Positions 8,518 to 19,900 of a stretch of 64,000 nt of DNA are shown piece by piece. The notes beneath the pieces were generated by a model. The model saw only the letters and a list, made by a program, of their open reading frames with translations. It did no database searches and was not told the origin of the DNA. The translations under genes and the position numbers were made by a program. Origin of the DNA: an uncultured Candidatus Saccharibacteria bacterium (GTDB taxonomy: Bacteria; Patescibacteriota; Saccharimonadia; Saccharimonadales; UBA7683); the NCBI GenBank assembly GCA_964541305.1, contig CAZIPE010000001.1, positions 12,138 through 76,137 of the forward strand, given 5' to 3'. Each line of letters starts with the position of its first letter. Within the stretch, counting starts at the first letter, position 1.

Positions 8518-11500
8518 TTGAAAAAACAACTTAGACTAAAACTAACTAAGTCTCTACTTGCTGTAATTGCTATAGTAAGTATTCTTCCTATTGTTCAACC
8601 GGTCTTTGCCCTACCAGAACCCACCGTATCTACTGACCCCGCAACGAACATCACCACAACAACTGCTACTCTAAACGGTACCGTCTCCGATGCCGGTGAT
8701 AGCCCAGTTACTTCACGTGGCTTCAACTATGGAACAACAGATAGTTACGGAAGTATCGCAAATGAGGTGATTCCTGAGAGTTATGAATACGTCTCGCAGT
8801 GGGGCTCAGCAGCGACAAATGATGGCAAGCTAAGCGCTCCTGATTCTGTCGTTATTGATTCTGCCGGTAACCGGTATGTATCGGATACCGATAACCACCG
8901 CATCCAAAAATTCAACAGCAGCGGTGTCTATCAGTCACAGTTCGGGGGCCCCACATTCGGATCTGGCGATGGTGAATTTATTTCTCCAAAAGGTATGGCT
9001 ATCGATTCGGGTGGCAATCTGTATGTCGCAGATTCGGGTAACCACCGCATCCAAAAATTCAACAGCAGCGGTGTCTATCAGTCACAGTTCGGGGGCAGTG
9101 GTACTGGCGATGGCCAGCTCAATAGACCCGACTCTGTCGTAATTGATTCGACTGGCAACATTTACGTTGCAGATACTAATAATCACCGCATCCAAAAATT
9201 CAACAGCAGCGGTGTCTATCAGTCTCAGTTTGGCTCTTACGGCTTTGGCGACGGCCAGTTTTATGCTCCACGAGGTATCTCTTTTGATTCTAGCAATAAT
9301 ATATATATCGTCGATTCAAACAACTCTCGCGTCCAAAAATTCAACAGTAGCGGCGTTTACCTATCCCAGTTTGGAGGCATTGGTTCGGGTGATGGCCAGT
9401 TTAACACTCCCTATGGCATAACTATAGATGCCAGTAACAATCTTTACGTTGCAGATACAAATAATCACCGCATCCAAAAATTCAACAGTAGCGGTGTCTA
9501 TCAGTCTCAGTTTGGCTCTATTGGCTCAGGTGATGGCCAGCTATTTCAACCTTCGGGCATTACGCTCGATACTGACGGTAGCTTTATGATTGCAGACACT
9601 GGAAACAACCGCATTCAGAAATTCAATAGCAGTGCCGTCTATCAGTCGAAATTCGGAATGAACTGCTCGGGTAATAGCCAGTTCAACTTCATTCAAGGCG
9701 TCGCAATCGACCCCGTCGGTGACGTATACGTCTCCGATGCCGACGACAAATGTGTCCAGAAATTCAACAGCACTGGCTTCTACCAGTCCCAGTTTGGCTC
9801 TTTTGGTACCCAAAATGGTCAACTTAACTTTCCTGGAAAAATTAATATAGACCCCAGTGGCAACATTTTTGTTGCTGATACGGTAAATAGTCGGGTCCAG
9901 AAATTCAATAGCAGCGGTGTCTACCAATCCCAATTTGGCGGTGGGGGCGCAGGTAATGGCCAGTTTACTAATCCCCGCGACCTCGCGTTTGACTCTTTTG
10001 GCAACATCTATGTTGTGGACAGTAGCAACCACCGTATTCAAAAATTCAATAGCAGCGGTGTCTACCAATCCCAGTTTGGCAGCCTAGGTTCTGGCGATGG
10101 CCAGTTTAATGGGCCAGTCGCTATCGCTGTAGATTCGTTCGATAATATCTATGTTGCAGATACAAATAATCACCGCATCCAAAAATTCAACAGCAGCGGT
10201 GTCTACCAGTCGAAATTCGGAAGTTACGGCTCTAGTAACGGCCAGTTTGCCGGTCCGAATGATCTCACATTTGACTCTCTCGGGAACATCTTTGTCCTCG
10301 ATACATATAACAACCGAGTCCAAAAATTCAACAGCAGTGGTGTCTATCTATTACAATTCGGTAGTGTCGGCTCTGGCAATGGCGAGTTTAGTCTGCCCCG
10401 AGCTATAGCTATCGATTCGAATGACACCATATACATAGGAGATACTCTTAATGAGCGCGTCCAAACATTCACTCAAGGCATGAACGAGGGAGCTTTTAGC
10501 ACTAACCTAACAAATCTGACCTGTGGAACAACCTACCATTATCAAGCCTATGCTAACAATAGCCATGGATCTACCCAAGCTATTGATGCTACCTTTTCCA
10601 CTGAAGCATGTGAACCAGGTCCCCCAACTAATCTTTCCGCTACTGCCAGCTCACCCTCGTCCATTAACATAACTTGGGACGAGCCCCAGGAGGCAGGGGA
10701 TTCTGCTATTTCCTACTATATAGTCTCCCTCAGGAAAGACGGAGATATTGACTGGGTATCTGCGCTGACGCCGGATAACAATACTACCTTTACTTGGATT
10801 GGTTTGGAGCCGGATACCCAGTACGAAATTAAAGTCAAGACTCGAAATACCAACGATTATATAAGTATATATTCAAATATAGTTACCGCGACTACCGATA
10901 TCTACGTAAATCCTACACCTGATCCACCAACTAACCTCCAGGCTACCATCGGCTCTTCAAGCACTATCAATGTGACGTGGAATGCGCCGGTAAACACTGG
11001 TGATTCACCGATTTCAAAATACTATATTTATTATCAAAAAGTGGGTGACGGTTCTTGGGGCAGCCTTGATCCAGATAATGACAACACATCTGCAACCATA
11101 TCGGGTTTACAACCGAGTACACAATACAACATTAAGGTGATTGCCAGAAATAGCAACAATAACGATAGTATCGACTCCGAAATTATTACCGCGACCACAG
11201 CTACTCCGGATTTTTATCTCATCACTGATTGTCAGCAGTTGCAGGATATTCAAAACGATCTTGTTGGAAACTATGAACTTGCGAGAGATATTGATTGTTC
11301 CGACAGCATCAATTGGAATGGTGGAAAAGGGTTTATACCAATAGGATCGCCGCTAACGGCCTCCCCGTTTTCCGGGATAATCGCAGGAAATAACTATACT
11401 ATTGAAGATCTATATATTAATCAAGATGGAGAGGAGTATGCTTTTGCAGCACTTTTTGGCGGTACTGATGGTGCTTTGATTCAAGACTTGCGTGTCGTCC

Positions 11501-13851
11501 GTCCTGTGATTTCTGCATTGAACTCATCTTTTAGTATTCCTGCGACTTTGACTGCATATGATGCCAGTACATCTTCCAAAACAACTACTTTTAACAATGT
11601 GCATATTGTTGATGCACACCTGGAGGGCGGAGGTGAGCTGATTACGGTAGCGGGTGGAATGGTGGGGCTTACTCAAAATTCAGGAACGGCAGCAGATAAC
11701 CTAAATGAGTTTCAGGGGACAATAGAACTTCATGGATCAATGGGCCAACTGGTGGTAGCTGGAGGCCTGTACGGTCAAATGGACGGCGGCATTCGGTCTG
11801 TTAATAATAGTTATGCAGTTGCTGATATTACTATCGAGAATACATTTTCAGGTTCAGGTGATTCATATAGTATAGCAGGGGGACTTCTCGGTGGGAATGG
11901 ATTAATTCAAAGGGAACCCACGCAATCAATATTTAATCACAGCTATGCTGCTGGCAGTATCTCTCACAATGGTGTTGATCCAAACGGCGGGATCGCGCTC
12001 GGGGGAACAACTGGATTAGTAACCAGGGATGGCTCTATAAGCAACACCTTTGCTCGTAACACCCTTACAAACACGCAATCTGATGCTACGGAGTTTGTTG
12101 GCGGTGTTGTCGCAGGCTTCTATGGTTCTGGGGATCGATCCTTTACCAACAACTACTTCGACGCCGACCAAGCCGGCACCACCGACTGCATCGATCCAGT
12201 CTTCGGCTCGATCTCCGGTTGCACCCCCATTCAAGGCCAACCCAACTACTTCTACAACAACACCACCAACGCCCCCCTCAACACTTGGGACTTCGACAAC
12301 ATCTGGAAGACTACCAGTACTCTCCCCGTTTTCGGAGAAAAAGTTCTGACTAGTATTACCGCCATCCCTGAATCGCGCCTCAACCCTGATCCAGTAACCC
12401 CACCAGCCGGCGGTGTCCCCGCCATCGCTGAACTGACTAAGAAACTAAAGGCCCCCACAGTCCTTACGCAACTGGCAGCTCAGGAGACCACCTCAGCTCC
12501 CAAAGAAGATACCGGCATCCTTGGTGCAATAAAACGTTTCTTCAAGAACATACCGGGGTCTGTCTTAGTCAGCTTCCCCTACATTCTGTTTGCTCTGCTT
12601 CTTCTGGCTGCTGGAGCTATGCTCGTTCAATTCCTCATTGGCTCCCGTAGACTTAAAGAGACTAAACTCCTCATTGCCAAACAAAAAGCCGTAGCCGAAG
12701 AACGAGACACCTTCTGGCACCTGGCTGCCAATTACCTCAGGGCTCCCATTACTCTCATGATCGGTGGCGTCGAGCTCCTGAGCACCGACAAAGATATTCG
12801 CTTGCCGGCTGTGGCTCAGCTGGAAGTCTTTGCTAAGAACTTACAAAAGAAAGTATTTGCCATTATGTCCCACATAGAACAAAGCCGCACGCTGCAGGAT
12901 ATCCATTGGCCTGAGCTGGAGAGCGGTGGCAGAGTCCTCACACAACTTAAGTTCTGGCTCCCGGTAGGCCTGGTTGCTTTCTTTGCCGTTTCCATGAACC
13001 TGGTCGCTAAGAACTACCGTAACCTCAGTGTGAGCACTACGAACCTGGCTATTCAGCTCCTTATCTTCATCCTAGTCTCAGTCTTGTTCTACTGGGTACT
13101 CAGTGCCCTGGGTCTCGTGAACCGAAAACGCAAACAAGCTCAGGCACTGCTGGAGCAGCAGTCAGCTACTCTCGATGATGCCCGTACCTACTTCATTGAG
13201 CAATCTGCTGCTACCCTCGACAAAGACCTATCTGACTTTGAAGCTCAACTCGACAGCATACCCAAGAAAGCTGCCTCGGTCGGTATTATCCATGAAGGCG
13301 CCCACCGTCTTAGAACCCTCATAGATAGCTTCGAGCTACTGGTCGCTGCCCAAAACAACAAACTAGACAACCTGTCTCCTGCCACGGCTCACACCCAGCT
13401 CAACACCATCTTCGACGGTGTCCTTGCCTCCCTGCAGCCCATTATTTCCCAGAAACAACTCAAGGTTGTCACTCCCAACCTCAACAACGTCACCCTCCCC
13501 GGTAACGCACTGTTACTTAACCAGGTCATTGGTAGTGTGGTCTCTAACGCTGTCGCCTTTAGCCCTTCTGGAAGTACCATACAACTTGATCTCAAACAAC
13601 ACAAAGACGGTACCCGTCTTAGTGTGACCAACCAAGGAGAGACCATTGATGAAGACCAGCTGTCTCATGTCTTTAGTCCTCTTACCAAAGCTGATGGCTA
13701 CGACGCCCTTCAACTTGACCACGGCGGCCTGGGGGTCAACCTCTACATAGACAGACTGATTATGCAGCACCTGGGAGGTGGCATAAGTGTGGCTTCAGAC
13801 GCGTCCAAAGGTACGACGCTTACTATGTTGTGGCCGAAAAATATAACATAG
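8518..13851 (+). CDS. Giant membrane sensor: signal peptide, FN3, 12 NHL repeats, 2 FN3, GLUG-like beta region, TM helices, degenerate HisKA and HATPase_c
   Basis: Repeats D..NHRIQKFNSSGVYQSQFG x12; PGPPTNLSA/LEPDTQY FN3 motifs; ITDCQQLQDI/NYELARDIDC; C-terminal VVSNAVAFS, VTNQG, GGLGVNLYI, GTTLTMLWP. Confidence 0.88.
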   Translation: MKKQLRLKLTKSLLAVIAIVSILPIVQPVFALPEPTVSTDPATNITTTTATLNGTVSDAGDSPVTSRGFNYGTTDSYGSIANEVIPESYEYVSQWGSAATNDGKLSAPDSVVIDSAGNRYVSDTDNHRIQKFNSSGVYQSQFGGPTFGSGDGEFISPKGMAIDSGGNLYVADSGNHRIQKFNSSGVYQSQFGGSGTGDGQLNRPDSVVIDSTGNIYVADTNNHRIQKFNSSGVYQSQFGSYGFGDGQFYAPRGISFDSSNNIYIVDSNNSRVQKFNSSGVYLSQFGGIGSGDGQFNTPYGITIDASNNLYVADTNNHRIQKFNSSGVYQSQFGSIGSGDGQLFQPSGITLDTDGSFMIADTGNNRIQKFNSSAVYQSKFGMNCSGNSQFNFIQGVAIDPVGDVYVSDADDKCVQKFNSTGFYQSQFGSFGTQNGQLNFPGKINIDPSGNIFVADTVNSRVQKFNSSGVYQSQFGGGGAGNGQFTNPRDLAFDSFGNIYVVDSSNHRIQKFNSSGVYQSQFGSLGSGDGQFNGPVAIAVDSFDNIYVADTNNHRIQKFNSSGVYQSKFGSYGSSNGQFAGPNDLTFDSLGNIFVLDTYNNRVQKFNSSGVYLLQFGSVGSGNGEFSLPRAIAIDSNDTIYIGDTLNERVQTFTQGMNEGAFSTNLTNLTCGTTYHYQAYANNSHGSTQAIDATFSTEACEPGPPTNLSATASSPSSINITWDEPQEAGDSAISYYIVSLRKDGDIDWVSALTPDNNTTFTWIGLEPDTQYEIKVKTRNTNDYISIYSNIVTATTDIYVNPTPDPPTNLQATIGSSSTINVTWNAPVNTGDSPISKYYIYYQKVGDGSWGSLDPDNDNTSATISGLQPSTQYNIKVIARNSNNNDSIDSEIITATTATPDFYLITDCQQLQDIQNDLVGNYELARDIDCSDSINWNGGKGFIPIGSPLTASPFSGIIAGNNYTIEDLYINQDGEEYAFAALFGGTDGALIQDLRVVRPVISALNSSFSIPATLTAYDASTSSKTTTFNNVHIVDAHLEGGGELITVAGGMVGLTQNSGTAADNLNEFQGTIELHGSMGQLVVAGGLYGQMDGGIRSVNNSYAVADITIENTFSGSGDSYSIAGGLLGGNGLIQREPTQSIFNHSYAAGSISHNGVDPNGGIALGGTTGLVTRDGSISNTFARNTLTNTQSDATEFVGGVVAGFYGSGDRSFTNNYFDADQAGTTDCIDPVFGSISGCTPIQGQPNYFYNNTTNAPLNTWDFDNIWKTTSTLPVFGEKVLTSITAIPESRLNPDPVTPPAGGVPAIAELTKKLKAPTVLTQLAAQETTSAPKEDTGILGAIKRFFKNIPGSVLVSFPYILFALLLLAAGAMLVQFLIGSRRLKETKLLIAKQKAVAEERDTFWHLAANYLRAPITLMIGGVELLSTDKDIRLPAVAQLEVFAKNLQKKVFAIMSHIEQSRTLQDIHWPELESGGRVLTQLKFWLPVGLVAFFAVSMNLVAKNYRNLSVSTTNLAIQLLIFILVSVLFYWVLSALGLVNRKRKQAQALLEQQSATLDDARTYFIEQSAATLDKDLSDFEAQLDSIPKKAASVGIIHEGAHRLRTLIDSFELLVAAQNNKLDNLSPATAHTQLNTIFDGVLASLQPIISQKQLKVVTPNLNNVTLPGNALLLNQVIGSVVSNAVAFSPSGSTIQLDLKQHKDGTRLSVTNQGETIDEDQLSHVFSPLTKADGYDALQLDHGGLGVNLYIDRLIMQHLGGGISVASDASKGTTLTMLWPKNIT
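8790..10470 (+). repeat. Intragenic array of 12 NHL repeats (~141-bp period)
   Basis: Near-identical DNA core ACCGCATCCAAAAATTCAACAGCAGCGGTGTCTATCAGTC recurs at ~8896, 9045, 9185, and with few changes at 9467 and 10172; all in frame. Confidence 0.9.
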
Positions 13852-13911
13852 AATTACCAGTCATTTGCATAAGCATCATCTGATATTTCGTGCTACAATA
13901 GAGCTTAAGTT

Positions 13912-16900
13912 ATGAGGGTAAAAAAAGACAGGAAGCTGGTATTTTTTAAACGTATACAAGACGTGTACGTCCGTTTGGGCTATTCATCTGTTAGTAAAGC
14001 CATAAAACGGTGGCTTCGGTTACCCGCTAAAGCTATCGCTGGAACCTTATTGACTGTGCACGGTTGGTTGCTACGGCATAGCCGAGTATATCGGGCGGTG
14101 AGTCGCTATGGCTCTCATCATCCCCGCCAGCGGATACTAGCCTCGTTTCTTACCGTACTTTTTGCTGGCTCTCTCCTCCTTCGTTTTGGGGCATATGCTT
14201 CAGACGTTAACAAGGTCTGGGACTTTTCGAATCCCACCGATTATTCTCTTGAGGACAGCGACAAACTCGAATATGAGGGTAGCTCTGTTCGCCTAAAGGC
14301 GCAAAATTACGCCACTGATTCAAATACAAAAGCTCTGTATCATCTTGATGAAGCCTCAGGAACGACGGTCGCGGATAGTTCAAGCAACTCCAATACCGCA
14401 ACCGCTACGAATCCAACTTGGGGAACGGGAAACCTCAATAATGCCCTCCAACTAAACGGCACCACAAGTCAGCTTAGTGCGGATGATTCAACCTCTCTTT
14501 CGCTTACTCAATCAAATACGCTGGAGGCCTGGACCAAATTCAATGACTCATTTACCGCAGGCAGTACTGCGGGCAGACAGTCGGTCATAGATAAAGGCCC
14601 CTATCAGCTGTATTATGATGACGAAACGGGCAAGGCTGTCTACGAGTTGCAAAACAGCTCGGCAACTAACTGGCAACAGCAAGCCGGCGGCGGCGTAAAC
14701 CGTAGCTGGGACCTTGATGGCAAAAACTCCGCCGATTCCTCAGTTGGAATCGGGAATGATCTCTACATAGGGACAGGTAGCTCTACGGCTGGTGACGCTG
14801 AAGTGTGGAAACTTTCAGCCGCTGGTGTGTGGACACAAATTGGCGGAGCAGGGCTCAATAATAGTTGGGCCGCCAACACCTTCGAGACTATTGCCTCTTT
14901 GGAAACTGATGGCACCAACCTGTATGCCGGTACCGGTCTATCGAGTGGAGATGGTGAGGTCTGGATGTGGAACGGTACCACTTGGTCACGCATAGGCGGT
15001 GATGCTATTAACTCAAGCTGGGCAGTTAACACCTATAACTCGGTTCTAAGTATGGATTACTTTGGCGGCAATCTTTACGCGGGTCTCGGTAGCGGTACGG
15101 GCGGAGGTGAGGTTTGGCGATATAACGGAAGCAGCTGGACCAAGATTGGTGGCGATGGACTCAGCAGTAGCTGGGCGGCTGCCTTTACCGTCAAGCGATT
15201 AGAAAATGATGGCACCAACCTGTACGCCGGTACCGGGAACACTGCCGGCATGGCGGACGTATGGCGCTGGAATGGTACCATTTGGGCCCAAATCGGTGGT
15301 GACGGAATCAATAGTAGCTGGGCGGCCAGTACCTACGAGGAAGTGCTTAGTTCATTCTATATGGGCTCCAACCTGTACATTGGGCTTGGCACCACAGCCG
15401 GTGACGCCGAGGTGTGGCGCTGGAGTGGAGGTGCCTGGACAAAACTTGCCAGCAGTGGTGTCGGCTTCCCTGCTGCGACCTACACCGGCGTGTATAGCCT
15501 AAGTGGTGATGGCACCAATCTCTATGCTGGGGTCGGCTCCGGAGTAAATCTCGGCGACGTCTGGAAATATAACGGTAGCACCTGGACTCAAGTTGGTAAT
15601 GATGGCCTCAATTCAAGTTGGACAGGAGGCAGATTAGTCTCCACCATGGCGTATGTCAACTCTAAATTATTTGCTCACAACACATTTAGTGCGGTCGCGA
15701 CCATACCGCTCTATTCATATAACGGTTCAGTCTGGCAACGCGAAGGAGGGCAGTATTTTGATGGCAGTTGGGGTTACACCGCTTTTAACGCCGTACAATC
15801 TATGACCACAAGCAGTGGTAAGCTGTATGCTGGCCTGACCTCGACCTATGGTGGAGCGATTGTATTTGAGTTTAATGGAGGTGTGTGGCAACAGATCGGT
15901 GGCAACCTAACAAATGGAAGTTGGGATCTCGGCACTTTTAATGCGATCGAGAGCATGACTTCATACAACGGTAATCTCGTTGTCGGTACGACTGGTACTG
16001 TTAATGGAGACGCCGAAGTGTGGTCGTGGGACGGCAGTACCTGGACTAAACTTGGTGGTGACGGCTTAAGTTCAAGCTGGAACGTCAGCTATAGTGCAAC
16101 GAAGAGCCTAGCGGTAAATGCGGGTATACTCTACGCCGGTGTGGGTTCCACCGGCAATAATGGTGGCATCTGGAAGTACGAAAGCGGCACCTGGGTTAAG
16201 ATTGGCGGCGACGGTACCAATGGAAGCTGGAACAACGTATTTCGCTATGTGACTTCGATGAACTTCTATAACGGTGAGTTGGTGGCTGGCGGTACAGGTA
16301 GTACTACATCCTCTGCTGAAGTTTGGAAGTGGAATGGATCTTCGTGGACAAAAATTGGCGGCGATGGTGTGGGCAGTAGCTGGAATGCCGCTAACTACTT
16401 GGAGGTTAATGCACTGGCAACCTATCAGGGTAAGCTGATTGCCGGGATTGGTGGATCAGCGGGCGATGGTGAGGTATGGCGATATGATGGCACGACCTGG
16501 ACATTGATTGGTGGCGATAGCGTCGACAGTAGTTGGGATGGCACTACTACTCACCGTCGGGTGGCCACATTAACTGTCTACAACGGCGATCTTTACGCGG
16601 GAACGAGCGGTTCAGCAGGCGATGGTGAGGCCTGGAGATATAACGGCTCTACGTGGTCCCAGGCTGGTGGTGACAGTATAAGTAGCAGTTGGACGAATGC
16701 AATTATTTCTGTGCGATCAATGGTGGTATATAAAGGGAAATTATACACTGGCTTAGGAGACAATATATCGTTACATCCATTAGTGTATTCACTTGGTAAT
16801 AACGGCTATTTGGAGTCAACAAATAGTTCCTACAATACCGATTGGCGACATATTGCTGCCACCTATGATGGTACAACTATGAAGCTTTACATTAATGGGC

Positions 16901-19900
16901 AGCTTGATGCTAGTACGGCCGTTTCGCTTTCTATGTCTGACACTTCCTCACCGCTGCTTATAGGTTCGGCACAAGGGCCGGTGACCGCCAGTAAGGGTAC
17001 TGGTAAATTTAAGGGTATGCTCGATGAAGTTCGCATTAGTAATTCTGCGCGGACCAACTTCACAACGACACCTTATACCAGCGAAAGAGTGTCTGCTCGG
17101 CTTGCTACGGCAGATTACACCTCCGGGATTGCCTCGTGGGATGATTATATTTCTTCCGAAACAACAAATGGCGGCACCCTCACCTATCGTCTCTCAGATG
17201 ATGACGGCACCACCTGGAAATTCTGGAATGGTTCTGCTTGGGCTGTCTCTGCTGATCTGAGCCAGGCCAATGGTGCGACTGACATTGGCGATCATATCGC
17301 CACTTTCCCAGTCTCTACTGGCGGCATAACCTGGCAAGCGGTGTTTGATGGTGATGGCAATCAGCGCGTACAGCTTAATTCGGTTTCGCTTGCAGCCACT
17401 GCAGATAACACCGCACCTGCAGCAAATGCATCGAGCATTGTAATGAAAACGAGTCCTTCCGGCCCTACGATCAATTCCGGACAATGGACAAATGCCCAGG
17501 AGCCGTACTTTTCGTGGACACCTGGGAACGATGCCCAATCTACCATTAAGGGTTACTGTCTCTATCTAGGTACATCTCAAAGTGATGACCCGGTAACTTC
17601 CAAGGGTCTGCTTGGCACAAGTCCTCTCGATACCGACGGTGAATGTCAATTCGCTGTTGCCGGAGACTCGGTAGATCTTTCCACATCAGGTTATCTCGGA
17701 AGCCCTCTCGTCAGTTCAAATTCAACTTACTATCTTAATGTTAAAGCCATAGATAATGCCGGTAATGTATTCACTGGTGCCAGTGAGAGTTTTGCGTTTA
17801 AATTCGACAATACCAATCCGACCAATCCTCTCTTTGTGTCTGCGCCCTCACAATTTGTGTCTAACAAGCAGGTTACAATTACCTGGCCAACTTCTAATGC
17901 CACCGCTGCAGACGATAATCATTCTGGTGTTGCAGGTCTGCAATACAAAATTGGCGCTGGTGGAACCTGGTATGGCGATGGGCATACAGGTGCTCAAGAT
18001 GTTACCGACCTTCTGGCAGACGACGGGAGTTACCAGACAATCGATCCAATCGACTTTAATGCATTGAGTGATGGAAATAACACCATCTACTTTAGAACTT
18101 ATGACAATGCCGGTAACTTTTCTGCTTCGACAGTGACAGGAGTGATTAAAATTAATACCACCTCACCTACTGGACCACAAAATGTGACTGCCACACCAGC
18201 TACCAATACCACAAATGCCTTTGCTTTCAGCTGGAGTCCGCCAGCTACATTTGGAGGTTCAGCAAGCAACTTGGAGTACTGCTACTCGATCAATACTCTT
18301 CCCTCTGTTAATACTTGTACGTATACCGACCCCGGCGTGACAAGTCTTGTTTCCGGAGCGTATGCAACTCAGCCTGGCGAAAACACTTTTTATGTTGTGG
18401 CTAAAGATGAAGCTGGAAATATTAATTACGCTACCACCAGCAGTGCTATATTTACTGCCAACACCTCTGCTCCTGGTATTGCTCTTAATCTGGATATCGT
18501 CGATATAAGTGTGAAATCGACTAATAATTGGCGTTTAGCACTATCATGGGACGAGCCGACCGATGCGGGAGCTGGAATAGCAAGCTATAAGGTATATCGT
18601 TCTGCTGATAATATAACGTTTACCAACGTTGCCTCGACCGCTGGAACCAGCTATGTTGACGGCGGACTCTCTCAGCAACCGTATTACTACAAGGTTCGAG
18701 CCTGCGATTCTGCGAATAATTGCGGTGCTTATACGAGTGCCGTAGACGAAACACCAACCGGAAAGTACACGACTGCTGCAAATAGTACCAGTGCGCCGGA
18801 AGTATCAAGTGTCAGTACGCGTAAAGCAACCATTAGTTGGTCTACGGATCGTCAAAGTGATAGCCGCATTCAATATGGCATAAAGAGTGGTCAGTATTTC
18901 GCTACCGAAGCTGCCATATCTGATCAAGTCACCGACCATGAAGTACTCCTTAATAATCTGAGCGCTGGCACCACCTATTATTACAAAGCTAAATGGACAG
19001 ATGAAGATGGAAATACGGGACAATCGGCAGAGCTTAGCTTTAAAACAGCACCAGCCCCAGTCGTAAAAGAGGTCACTTCAGAACCATCCTTGTCAGATGC
19101 AGATATTAACTTCACCTCCAAAGATGCCGCAAAAGTGAAGATATACTTTGGTAAGTCAGAAAGCTTTGGAGGCCTCACCACCCTAAACACGTCGTTGGCT
19201 GAATCGAAATACGGCACCACGCTTACGGGCTTGGACGACGGAAGTAAGTATTTCTTTAAACTCAATACTCTCGACAGCGATGGTAATGAATACGAAGGAA
19301 ATGTCTATTCTTTTACCACTCCCCCACGTCCTCGCATTACGAATTTACGATTCCAACCTGTAAAAGACCAGCCCAGTAGCACCCAGAGAGTAACCTGGAA
19401 TACCAACGTTCCTTCGAGTAGTGAAATTACCTACGGCGTTCGTCGACCTACGCAGTCGCTCTCGCAATCTAAGCTCACCACTGAGCATGAGATAACAATT
19501 AAGGGTCTATCTGATGACAGTGACTACGTTTTAATAGCCCGGTCGCGTGATGCCAGCGGTAATGTTGCCACCTCCGATCAGCAAAGCTTTAAAACCGCTC
19601 TCGATACCCGCCCGCCGAAAATTGCCGATATTACGGTCGATACCTCAATACGCGGTACCGGGGCTGAAGCGCGCGGTCAGGTGGTTATTAGCTGGAAGAC
19701 AGATGAACCAGCCACCAGTCAGGTTGCTTACGGTGAAGGATCATCCGGTTTTCTCTCGAGTGTCAGCAGCGAGGATGCCAAGTTAACTACCGACCATGTT
19801 GTAGTGGTATCAGATCTTTCAACCTCACGTGTCTACCATTTCGAAGCACGATCATTTGACCGGGCTCGGAATGAGGCCAAGGGTGATCAACAAGTTGCCA

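Noticed and set aside
8790-10470. Regularly spaced ~40-bp near-identical repeats resembling a CRISPR array
   Set aside because: In-frame ~141-bp period inside a 1777-aa ORF; the 'spacers' are homologous NHL coding sequence; no cas genes.
12140-12310. AAC-rich segment as a DGR template repeat, with the four-helix-bundle gene as Avd
   Set aside because: No reverse transcriptase and no second copy differing at adenines seen in the window; the segment is ordinary in-frame Asn-rich coding sequence.
8855-19786. Many 60-175 aa alternative-frame ORFs inside the two giant genes
   Set aside because: By-products of repetitive, codon-biased coding sequence; no independent signals or motifs.
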